This document shows, piece by piece, positions 52,639 through 64,000 of a stretch of 64,000 nucleotides of DNA; the first letter of the stretch is position 1, and each line of letters opens with the position of its first letter. The DNA lies in contig OX597820.1 in the NCBI GenBank assembly GCA_951406725.2, forward strand, positions 28,024,001 to 28,088,000. The letters are read 5' to 3'. A model generated the notes under the pieces. The model saw only the letters and a list, made by a program, of their open reading frames with translations. It searched no databases and had not been told where the DNA came from. The DNA is from Octopus vulgaris (Eukaryota). The position numbers and the translations under genes were made by a program.

Positions 52639-52849
52639 GGTTTAAAACAAACATAATTTTCGGTTTAAAAAAAAAAACAACTTTAAAAAAAATTTTGTTT
52701 AGACATTCATTAGTACAACACCCCCACCCCACAAATATATGGCACACTAGGCATAACAACAACATGAACTTCCAACCCTGTTGTCTCTTGAGGTCTCTGG
52801 GTGAGACTTGGAGCCAACTTGTACAAATATAAAGCAAAAGTCAAACATA

Positions 52850-52850
<1 letters not shown>
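52639..52850 (+). mobile_element. Probable 3' UTR of a second (AAT)-targeting retrotransposon
   Basis: Unique block between two AAT arrays ending ...gcaaaagtcaaacatag(aat)n. No coding remnant seen, so the assignment rests on context. Confidence 0.45.
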
Positions 52851-52916
<66 letters not shown>

Positions 52917-52917
<1 letters not shown>

Positions 52918-53471
52918 GCCCTGATGCAGTACCAGGCAGTGGCTCTCATGGCTTTTGATCTTAACTGATTGGGAGTGTGATCATGTACATTGTTTTCTCT
53001 TTGTATGAAAGATGGGCTACAGCAAATATTCTGCTCAATATCACAGATTTGCTTGTCAATTGTTTGACCTTAACTAGTTGAGCATGTCCCTTAGTGGCTG
53101 ACGATATGTGCATCTCTGATCACGAGTAGAAGTACTGGGGGAGCATGATAGCCATGCTTTGTGAGGGATTCTTTGAGGTTTGAATAATTCACCACTGGAA
53201 ACACGAGTGTTTCGTTCAACATCCTTAAACAACCCTTATCCAGGGACCTTTTGAGCGGGATGGGTTAGTCGACCAGAAAGAAATTCTAAATGGGCCCCAC
53301 CTGCAAGGTCATGTGCTGTTTATCTTGATATGAGATCAACATGTCGCGCACATATGGTTGTGATGCATTTTCCTAGTGAATTCTTATCAGACGGGTAGTC
53401 ATGATGGGTATACTGGGCTTCGTATATTTTACCCCAGTGTCACTTTGATGGCATGCACTGCTTTCTCACTC
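52917..53471. mobile_element. Second copy of the ~550-bp (AAT)n-embedded repeat
   Basis: Collinear with 40843-41375. Confidence 0.88.
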
Positions 53472-53507
53472 AGTAATGATAATAACAACAACAACAACAA
53501 CAACAAC

Positions 53508-53583
<76 letters not shown>

Positions 53584-53584
53584 T

Positions 53585-53908
53585 AGGGTAAAATTAATTA
53601 ATTAATCAATAATTAATAATTTTACCAAGTATTTCGGTATGTTAAAAGAACCATTATCGGTAAACTTATACAAAAAATTCTATAATTATGAATATAATTA
53701 TTATTAGGGTTCAGCAAAATTTGCTTCACCGCATACCGAAATTTAGAAGTAGCAGTTAAACTACTATTTTACTACTATAAGATATCTCTTTACCTGCGTG
53801 AGCTGTTGAGTACAGCTGTCTGGGAGATATCTATGGTAGTAAAATAGTAGTTTAATTGCTATTTCTAAATTTCGGTATGTAGTGAAGCAAATTGTGCTGA
53901 ACCCTAAT
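53585..53908. mobile_element. Repeat with ~86-bp inverted arms (53703-53788 / 53824-53908)
   Basis: attagggttcagcaaaatttgcttcac..ataccgaaatttagaa..taaactactattttact..agatatctc and its reverse complement. The spacer contains ACAGCTGTC. Confidence 0.85.
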
Positions 53909-53937
53909 TATAATTATATTAATAAATATAGAATTGT

Positions 53938-54035
<98 letters not shown>

Positions 54036-54072
54036 CACACACAAGTGTTGGAGGAAAGAGCAGATAAGACCG

Positions 54073-54420
54073 GACTGCATATGTTTCATAGCGGGCGGAA
54101 CCTAGGATGTGGAAAATATCAAGGCGAGGTGTATACCGCTGGCTGTTCTTCAGACTAAGGATATCTTGATCAAATGAAAGTTACCTTGTCGCTAAGAGTT
54201 ACATGTTAATACATGGAAGATTCAGTCATAATGTGCAGAGAGCATAATAGGAATGGAGAATATAAATGTTGAGAGAAATTTTGATTCAAAGAAAGAAAAA
54301 GAAAAAATACATGACTGAGAAGAAAGAGGAATTTAAGCAAGGTCATTTGATAGGTAGTATTCAAAAGGGCTATTTGGGCCGAATCACAGAAAGTAGCAGG
54401 GGAGTGGTATTTGAACAAAA
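54073..54420 (-). mobile_element. Penelope-like 3' remnant with decayed hammerhead motif
   Basis: Minus strand order: IALLNTTY.. (resembles the I..L.T..P.GLN end of GIY-YIG ORFs), a pyrimidine-rich UTR, then CTGAAGA-acagc...gctat-GAAA-CATATG-CA. Confidence 0.45.
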
Positions 54421-54654
54421 CAGATAATATTGGCGGGGATGGGGAATATTTTTGGCTCTAAAATTTCGTTATTTTCCCGCGATCGGGCGATCTTGTTTAA
54501 AAAAGTCATCTGCTCAAAAGACGACTGGAAAACTGTCTTGTTTTCGGTTTGTTAAATTGCGGATTAAATTATTTCGACCAGATGACCCTGAGTAGAGTAT
54601 TTACATGATTTACAAGATTTGTGGGTTTTTTTATTTTAAGGATTATATATATCC

Positions 54655-54740
<86 letters not shown>

Positions 54741-54772
54741 TTTATTTAAAGCAGCAGAAAATTCAACAAAAT

Positions 54773-54810
54773 CTGTTACTCTGAGTTTCTCGTTGCCGTT
54801 CATCAGACAG
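54773..54810 (-). ncRNA. Minimal type-I hammerhead ribozyme-like motif (best-preserved copy)
   Basis: ctgt-CTGATGA-a cg gcaa cg a-GAAA-CTCAGAG-TA-acag: perfect 4-bp stem I, canonical core, GNRA-capped stem II with an A.A mismatch at its base, near-palindromic stem III, GUA site. Confidence 0.72.
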
Positions 54811-54871
54811 TTTTTGCTAGAATGGAACCGATATATCAATTCAATCCAGACTCTTACAAACGCTACACCTT

Positions 54872-54942
<71 letters not shown>

Positions 54943-54943
54943 C

Positions 54944-55026
54944 TGTGTGTGTGTGTGTGTGTGTGTGCACGAATGTACGTACGCTTATATATATATATAT
55001 ATATATATAAGCGTACGTACATTCGT

Positions 55027-55051
<25 letters not shown>
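54944..55051. repeat. Perfect 108-bp palindrome centred on (TA)n
   Basis: (tg)n-cacgaatgtacgtacgctt-(at)n-aagcgtacgtacattcgtg-(ca)n. Confidence 0.92.
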
Positions 55052-55111
<60 letters not shown>

Positions 55112-55915
55112 TTTATGTATAAAATAATCAAGGTTGATTGGTTATGACATTTGTTTCACTACTTCTAGGTCACTACTACGATCCTGCTGCGTGGCATCTT
55201 GGGAAAGTACCTCTTCAAGAGCATCGGTGTAATCCAATATCTCTGCGTGAATTAGGGTCAACAGTATAAATGTACGGGAGGCACTTTGCCTGTAATGAAA
55301 ATGTTAATCTTGTCATTCTCTATCTCTCCGTCAGCATCACGTTAAGAATATAGGCGCCAGTGAAATATTTTGGCTCTTCGTATATTAATTGGGTGAGAAC
55401 GGTTTTATGTGATCGAAAACTATACTTTTAAGACGACAATTAGGTTCTAAATATGTGCGCGCATGATTGTATAAAAAGCTGGGCGAAAGGAGGAGTATGA
55501 AATAGGGACAGAGGGAGAGAGAGGGTGAGAGAAAGAGAGACAGAGAGAGAACAAGGGAGAGAGACAGAATTTGAATTGAAGATTGAGAAGGTCAAAAATA
55601 TAAAGTTATGAGTAATAAATACAGTTTAGGTCGGATAATTAGAATTTACAAATTTAATGTTTTAGCAAATAATCTCCAATTTCGTTCAGTGCACTCGCAC
55701 TTTGGAACCGTTGCTTTTGAACATACTCACGCAATATAATTATTTTAGAAAATTTAGTCGTGATTCAAACGCTCAGAAGCAATGTATTTCATGACGAACA
55801 GTTAGAATTAGTTCAATTTGAATTATGAAGTCAATCGAATTTTAAACATTATCGGACATGGAAAAAAATGTTTAATTCTCGTTAATACAATTGGCTGAGC
55901 ACTTTTATATTATAA

Positions 55916-56428
55916 CTAGCAGTATCGCCCGGCGTTGCTCGGGTTTGTAAGGGAAATAACTATATAAGCATTTTTAGAGAGTTACTTCCCTTATAGATGC
56001 CAATTCGGGCTTTCTTAGCCATTTCTGTTTTGGTGTCTTCAAGCCATGAAGTCGTTGTTCTAAAAGAACGCTGGTCTCCTTGACAACACTTTACGACGTT
56101 GATTTCCTTACACTCCCTTCCCCACAGCTTCACGAGGGAGGGAAGAAGGGGGAGAAGCAAACAGGTGCAGGTGTGACCATGGACGCCAACTCCGCCGCCA
56201 TCGACACACGAAAAATTATGCATTAAAATGGAATAAAAAATTATGTTAAATTATTTTTAAAATCGTAGACTCATCGTAGACGCGCGCTAATACTCAGACG
56301 GGCTCGATATGAATCACGACTATAAGATACCCGAATTTAGTTAAACTGCACCGCAAAATGTGGGAGTAGTTAGGAATCTAAATCGAAGGGGACAGACACT
56401 CACACAACTACAGTTTTATATATATAGA
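55916..56428 (-). mobile_element. Full-length non-autonomous Helitron-like element
   Basis: Reverse complement a|TCTATATATATAAAACTG ... CCCGAGCAACGCCGGGCGATACTGCTAG|t. The last ~65 bp are shared with 21612-21999. Confidence 0.82.
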
Positions 56429-56642
56429 TTAATTGCTCTGAAGAGAAAAAAACATAAACTTTTGTGATGACCGACTGCAAACTTTAGTTTTAGAACAGTT
56501 TTGAAATTTTCGAAAGCAGGGATTTTTATTGAAAAGTCTTCGAAATCTAAGTATTGATAAATATATATATAGGGAATATGTCTGTATGTATGTATGTATG
56601 TATTTAGTGTATATAAATATATACATATACATACAATTATAC

Positions 56643-56713
<71 letters not shown>

Positions 56714-57288
56714 AAGAGTGAGAGAGAGAGAGAGGGGGAAAGAGAGAGAGTGAGCAACTACGAAATCCTTACTACAAGTGAGCATGTATATAGCATGATG
56801 CTTATCTGATCATACAAAGAAGCTGCTTTCACTTTAATTAGAGTTACTGCAGATTCCTTTAAACTGTTTACGCGTAATAACACACAATTTCAAATATATC
56901 TACGCATCCATCATATCAATCAATTATGATAAATGTTGTTTATCTGATAAATACAATGTGTCACTTTCAGTTATTATGAATCCAATAATAGATAAGGCTT
57001 GTGTTCAAACACGTTCTAACAGAATGTCTTTGATATGTGAAGATGAGTAACACATCAATTATACATTAATCTATAGTTACAATAGATATTCGCGTGCCAG
57101 GATTTGTTCCTAGACATATAGGTGCAGAGATGGTGGTGTTTACGGATGTTCGCCTAGCAATCTCCTCGTTTCGGGCTCCGCATTTCTGCCTTGCTTAACC
57201 ACGAGACCATGTGAAAGAATAAAGCAAAAGGAAAGAGTGTGGTAGCCCGACATCTCCCTCTCTTTCTCTCTCTCTCTGTATGAATATA

Positions 57289-57352
<64 letters not shown>

Positions 57353-57359
57353 CATATAT

Positions 57360-57905
57360 AAGCGTGACAATGTGGTAAGACGCTTCCTTCTCAACCACAT
57401 GGTTCCCGGTTCAGTGACTATAGCCTCGGGCCGACCAGAGACTTGTGAGTGGATTTGGCGCAGACGGAAACTAAAAGAACCCCTTTGAATATATATATAT
57501 ATATATACTATATAATATAATATTATATATATATATATATACTATATAATATAATATTATATATATATATATATATCATTATTCGGTAGCCACGATAAAA
57601 CTCCACGTTTCGGATGTCGGGGCGGAAACCCACGCCGCCATCTCTTCAGTTATCCGGCCATCGACATATATATGTGTGTGTCTGTGTGTGAGTGTACATA
57701 TATTTGTGTGTGTGTATCTGTGTTTCTCCACCCACCATCGCTTGACAGCCGGTTTCAGTTTGTGTACTTTAGCGTAACCTAGCGGTTCGGAAAAAGGTGA
57801 GGCTAGAATATGTTCCAGTCTTGAGAAAGATGTAATGCGCTCCATTTGTCCTTCAAGTGGTGACCCGCTGTCCTCAGTCTAGCGACGGAAACAGTGAAAT
57901 GTAAA
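57360..57905 (+). mobile_element. SINE family B with an insertion in its internal microsatellite
   Basis: Head tgtggtaag..caaccacatggttcccggttcagt, body gacggaaactaaaagaaccc, 3' part catcgcttgac..tagcggttcgg; interrupted at 57578-57665. Confidence 0.8.
57594..57654 (-). ncRNA. Type-I hammerhead ribozyme-like motif
   Basis: gataa-CTGAAGA-gatg gcgg..ccgc..catc c-GAAA-C gtgga G-TT-ttatc: 5-bp stem I, extended stem II, short stem III, GUU site. Confidence 0.62.
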
Positions 57906-57920
57906 GACAAATGATATATC

Positions 57921-57998
<78 letters not shown>

Positions 57999-58079
57999 CA
58001 TACATACATACATACATGCATATATGCTTGCATACACACATATATACAAACATACACACACACATATATATACATACGT

Positions 58080-58400
58080 GGCACTCCGTCGGTTAAGACG
58101 ACGACGGTTCCAGTTGATACAATCAACGGAACAACCTGCACGTGAAATTAACGTGCATGTCGCTGAGCGCTCTACAGACACACGTATCCTTAACACAGTT
58201 CTCAGGGAGATTCAATGTGATACAGAGTGTGACATGGCTGGCCCTTTGAAATACAGGTATGATTAATTTTTGCCAGCTGAGTGGACTGGAGAAATGCGAC
58301 TTAAATTGTCTTGCTCAAGTATAAAACGCGTTGCTGGTAATTCAACTCACGACCTTACTGCCGTAAGCCAAACACCTTAACCACTAATGCACGCGTCTTC
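58080..58400 (-). mobile_element. SINE family A: tRNA head, CORE-like block, and the same tail as the 36750 copy
   Basis: Reverse complement ..tccagtccactcagctggcaaaaa..tacctgtatttcaaagggccagcc..gtcgtcgtcttaaccgacggagtgc. Confidence 0.85.
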
Positions 58401-60783
58401 ACATATCTACATACATACATAGGCATAGTTATATAGATGTCACTTTAGCAATAGACACACCGATAATTTATCTTTCGCTTAAAATGAATTTACACTCAAT
58501 ATAGTTTACCTTTCATTCCATTCTGTACTTCAACTTATTCCCCAATGACAAAATATCGCTGATGAAGCATAATAATGGCAGAAGCTCGAAACCCGAAATG
58601 CACAGATCAGTTTCGATGCATGCATCAGCATAACTAAAGATACCCTCTCGCGTAATAAACAGATATAAACAACGTAGTTTCTTTTCCTTTCTTTCATATT
58701 TTAAGTTTAGTCTGACATTTAGTTGCTTCTGCATACCTTTTTGTAGAGCATTAAGTACAGTTTAGGCCCTCGCGCGGGAAGACATACTGTTGATATAATT
58801 TAGTATTATTCAATAATTTGTATTTTGGGACATATGTAAGCATCTTAATTAATTTAGGAGAAGAAACACAAAACATTACAAATTCTATCTCAAAATTACT
58901 AATGGTTTAGGACAACTAGTGCATGTAATAAATCTCCTTTTTAATGTTGTTTTGGATTTGGAATTACTGCACTCAAGAGTATAAACAGATTATAGAATAC
59001 TGAATATGTATGTTATATATTTTATATTTTATGCTTTCTTTCTTTAAATTCCTTTGTTTATAGCATTAAGTATTCTCTTCTTGCTACTTAGTGATAGTAT
59101 TTACTTTATATGCGAAATCATTTTGTCATATAAATCCTGCCAATAATGCTCTACGAATTTTCTTGAAGCTACATTACTCTCCATCAAACAATAAAGATGT
59201 TTAATTATTTTTTTATAGTGTACATGTAACCAGTATATATTAGATAATTCTGTTTGTTTATGCATGACTGTAAATCCTTATCCCTTTACATGTAGCATGC
59301 ATGTCGTCGTGAATTATATCCTCCTTAAGTTTTATCTGCATTTTTAAACGTCTCGTTTACTTTATTTAATACGACAATTCCTACGAAGATAATCCTTATA
59401 TTAGAAATCCGACAAATAATCACTACATTATTTGCTTCTTTATTCTAAGTATATTAATAACGATGTTCCATACAGGGATTTCAGTGGCTCTTTGATTTCA
59501 CAAAGTATCGATGGTTGGTTAAATATACGCTTCTCACTTTTAGTTTTAAGGAACATAAATGTTGTGAAACGCTTTGTAAAACATCAGATATCAATATAGT
59601 TTCATTTTGATTGTATTGTATCTTGTTTGCATGGTTTTGTTCAGATCTTTTTAAACCTTCCTAGATGTAATGTCAGAAATCGTGACGGCTGTACCTCTTC
59701 ACCAGTTGCAACCGACATATGCTCTTAGCAATTTTGAAAAAAGGAAAAACAAGAAAAAAGGAAACATACTTTCGACTTCCATCATCAGTTATGACGCAAT
59801 TCCTTTGGTAACATGGTGTGGGTTATATAGAATTCGGATTTCTTTACGTCAATAATTATAACATTTTCTGAGAATACTGCTTTTGTTGCAATATCTAATT
59901 GATTTGTGGAAGGGTTCTTCAGCTGTTGCTTTTAATCATTTATCAAGGCCAGGAGATTGCGGAAGGAAAAAGGGAGAAAAGACTACCATGGCCCTTTTGT
60001 TTGTTGTATTAGAGAGCGGCATAAAGAGATATTGATTTAGATTGCCTTCAAATTTTGGTACAAGGCCAGCAGGTTTGGGAAAGGGGTAAGTTGATTACAT
60101 CGACCCCAAGGGTTCAAATCATAATTATTTTATCGACTAGAAAGGTTAAGTCGACCTTGAGAAAATTTGAACTCAGAATGTAAAGCTGGACGAAATGTCA
60201 CTAAACATTTTGGCAAGCCTGCTAACGATTCTGTCAACTTGTCGCCCACAGAGGTTTTGAATTATTTTAAAATCTGATATGTGGTTCGAACGCTTGCAAA
60301 CAGATTTCTGCTCTGCTAAAGATGACGAAAGGTCAGCTAGTGAGGTACATATTTTATACATTCACTCTGTTACCGAATATTTTCCAGCACTTCCTCTATT
60401 GGTGGTGGTCTCTACAATATTTCAGTAAGTACACTATTATAAGAACCCTGCGCCTTCGCTTTTCGATAAATATTAACTAGCCCTATTTACGCTGACATAA
60501 GTGCTACTCTCTCTCAAGACACGTTAGTAATTTCTTGGCATATTTTAGTGCTAACTTCATTTCATTACTTTTCAAACATCCTGGTTCATACCTTTCTATA
60601 GAAATAACCCGTAAATATTTCCCTAGACCATTGCTAGATCACCCTTTTGCCTATCGACTTCAAAGCTCTACAGTGAAAGATTGTATGATGTTAATATATC
60701 GAGCCTTCTGGCCTCTTCTCGAAGCCCTGTTCTTTCCTATTCCCTCTTCCCTTCGTTTATTATATTTTACGCGTTTGTATTCA

Positions 60784-60843
60784 CTCTGATGAAACTCCAT
60801 GTCCTATGAATGTCCTGGCATTGGAAGTGGGAACGGCCGTAAG
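60784..60843 (+). ncRNA. Decayed minimal hammerhead-like motif
   Basis: ct-CTGATGA-aactcc...ggaagtg-GGAA-CGGCCG-TA-ag: palindromic ACGGCCGT and GUA site, with GAAA changed to GGAA. Preceded by a pyrimidine-rich tract. Confidence 0.5.
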
Positions 60844-61129
60844 AATTGTTGTCATAGAAATATTATATCATGTTTTGTATCAAAAAATAATCTACAGATA
60901 TGGTCCAATTTGTTTGTTAATCAAACGTTTTCTCCATTTTCTGATTATTTAAATTTGATCCCTAATAAACAGTTGTTTATCTTGATGTTACCTGTACCCT
61001 ACGAGCATAGAGTACCTGCACACACCCAGGGATAGCACAGGTAACTGATACCAATAGTAAACACAGATATTTTAATCCCTTAGTCGGATACTATAACCGC
61101 TAACTCTACTTGTCTTTATATATATATAT

Positions 61130-61169
<40 letters not shown>

Positions 61170-61319
61170 GTTTATACATATACTTATATTTATACTTACA
61201 CATATACATAATTATACTTATATCATATATTTACACTAATACTTAATAGTTATAATTATATAGATATTCACTCAAATGCAGACAAAATATTTAGATATAC
61301 ACAGGCATCTATCTGTCTG

Positions 61320-61402
<83 letters not shown>

Positions 61403-61598
61403 GTCTATCTACCTATCTATCCGTCTGTCTGTGTGTGAGTATGTGTGTCTACATATACATGTACAGAGACATATACATAAGATATATTTACCACATACGC
61501 TGTAATATAATTTTCAATATATTGATACAAACAGCGGCATATTTTTTTCTTTATCTAACTTTAAACATTTTAAACATATATATAATATCTATATATGC

Positions 61599-61637
<39 letters not shown>

Positions 61638-61955
61638 CATACATACATACATATGAGAGAGAGAGATACATACATACATACATATGTGCATAAATATCTG
61701 CATGCATATATATATATATATATATACATATATATATGTGCGTATGTGTGTATATATTCATGTATATATATGTGTGTATATATATATATATCCACATATA
61801 TATACTTGTATAAGCATATATATAATGTATTTTACTTGTTGCGCAGATACACCCACACACGTATGTACATACGTAAACGATTGAGTATATGCTATGGAAA
61901 AACAGCATGAATTGATCATGACTTACAATATTCTAAAATACTTTTAAATACACTG

Positions 61956-61989
<34 letters not shown>

Positions 61990-62257
61990 GTGTTTGTGTG
62001 TGTTTGTGTATACCTATATATATATATATATATATACATACAGAAAAATAAATAGAAAGAAAGACTCAGACAGAAAGGGGAAAGACGAAGAGAAATACAG
62101 ACACACATACATGTCCAAGTACCAAAAATATTTTAATTTACCAATATCTTCATGACGCAGTATATTTCCGTTTTTCTTCTTTTCACTTTCACAATTAGAA
62201 GAGTACGGAAATATAGTATATTATAATCCACCTATCTATCTGTCAATATGTACATAT

Positions 62258-62331
<74 letters not shown>

Positions 62332-62393
62332 GGGTATTTGTATGTGTGAATGTGTGTGTGTACACAGGCACGTACATACACCTGCACACACAC

Positions 62394-62475
<82 letters not shown>

Positions 62476-63089
62476 TTGCGCATAAAACTTTTACATAATC
62501 AGAAGATACGCTGTTATATGTTTTTCAATATATTGACTGAAATACTTGTACATTTTATTCTTTGAAAATAATATATATTTTTTCTATAATGTTTAGAAAA
62601 TACATGAATTAAAGACTATGTTATACACATTTATGTTCTTCTCACAAGCAATTCTTTATATAAATAGTTACTAAAACAACATGTCTACCGAATCACATCA
62701 TATAATTTACTTGTATGATTGTCGGTTTCTTTGTTGAAACTTCTGTTTCAATCATTTTTCCTATGCAATTCTTTAATGTTAATAACAGCGTTGCTGGTCG
62801 TAAGTTTTGAGCTTGATATTAAATTCTCCTTTAATTTTCCAATACTCCAAGACATACAAAAGGAACAACATTTGATTCAATGGTCTCCAACACAGGCTTC
62901 GTGTCAACGTTAGAAGTATTCTTTTAGGCCAACAAGACGGCAGAATCATTAAATTGCTCTGTATTTATTTATTTAAGAAGAGATGTGGTCTGCGTTGAAA
63001 TTTAACCTTTGCCATTCATTTTTACGTTGTCGATGACAGAGGGTAGCAGTCAAGTATCGGCTCCGATGTAATCGATTAACCATATTTCA

Positions 63090-63345
63090 TATGATGGGAT
63101 TCTGAAGAAGCCCCTGGCTTTTAGGGGTATGGTAAAAAGGCTGGTTGTAGACGCAAATTTCCGAGTTCTTTTACAAGGTTTAGAAAAACTGAAACACCGC
63201 TGCAATAAGTGTGTGGATCTGAGAGGGGAAAATATTGAATAAAATCGTAATAAACTTATATGTTGAAAATTTTGAGTAAAATCGTAATTAACTTATCCTA
63301 TGTTTTCTTTTACCCAAAGCCAGGGACTTTTAGCACTTCTTTGTA
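63090..63345 (+). mobile_element. Mariner-derived MITE retaining the transposase C-terminus
   Basis: Encodes LQGLEKLKHRCNKCVDLRGENIE*. Degenerate TIRs ctgaagaagcccctggcttt / aaagccagggacttttagcac. Confidence 0.78.
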
Positions 63346-63625
63346 CAGGTTAGAAATTTAGTGCGGTCGCACACAATGATTACAGATAATTTCTTACGCC
63401 GTTCTTATGATGTGGTTTCAAATCCCGCCGATCATGGTCATTATCATTATTATTCCAATTTTGTAGGGTATTGGTGTTTTACTCGTTCGGTTCCTTACTA
63501 GATATAATATGACGACCATTGTGTACGTCCTCTCTCTTCTCTCTTTCTTGCTCTGTCAGCCTGTGTGTCTCTCATTCTGTCTGTCTGACTCCCCCCTCTC
63601 TCTCTCTAAATATATATATATTTAG

Positions 63626-63850
63626 TGGAGGCAGCACCATGATCGTAACATTGTGGTTCCTCTTCCTGGACCGGGCGACGCGTTGTGTTCTTGAGCAAAA
63701 CACTTCATTTCACGTTGCTCCAGTCCATTCAGCTGGCAAAAATGAGTAACGCTGCGATGGACTGGCGTCCAGTACATCTGGTGAACACATACGCTATTGA
63801 AAGCGGGAAACCGGGCCCATGAGCCTGACTAGGCTTGCAAAGGGCGCATT
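63626..63850 (+). mobile_element. SINE family A with CORE-like block, head partly deleted
   Basis: gcgttgtgttcttgagcaaaacacttcatttcacgttgctccagtccattcagctggcaaaaatgagt; matches 39262-39480. Confidence 0.8.
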
Positions 63851-63947
63851 TATTATATATATGTTGCCGAATTCAGATGAATTTTCCAAGTGTTGCTCCG
63901 AAAGATAAACAGTCGGATTATTATTATCATAAACCGTAATAATAATG

Positions 63948-64000
<53 letters not shown>

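Noticed and set aside
60535-61035. Two 78-84 aa ORFs
   Set aside because: No recognisable homology; they overlap a pyrimidine-rich tract and a decayed hammerhead, more consistent with a retroelement end.

Overview
Very AT-rich, microsatellite-saturated eukaryotic genomic DNA, either intergenic or a very large intron. The repeat families ((TA)n/(CA)n/(GATA)n/(AAT)n arrays, tRNA-derived modular SINEs, a Dong/R4 LINE tail) point to an octopus/cephalopod genome; this is my inference and has not been verified. I found no host protein-coding gene I can support, and almost all ORFs in the track are microsatellite artefacts. The recognisable content is decayed mobile DNA: a DD37D (maT) transposase pseudogene, several mariner remnants and MITEs, a hAT MITE with an 8-bp TSD, about 8 non-autonomous Helitron-like pieces, about 20 SINE copies from three families, RTE-like and Dong/R4-like LINE 3' ends, and a 5S rRNA fragment. 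The strongest unexplained signal is a dispersed set of about ten minimal type-I hammerhead-ribozyme-like motifs (CUGAnGA - stem II - GAAA - short, usually palindromic stem III - GUH), ranging from near-intact to decayed. Several sit in long inverted-repeat cassettes that look like Penelope-like retroelement ends. All alignments and folds were done by eye and element boundaries are approximate.
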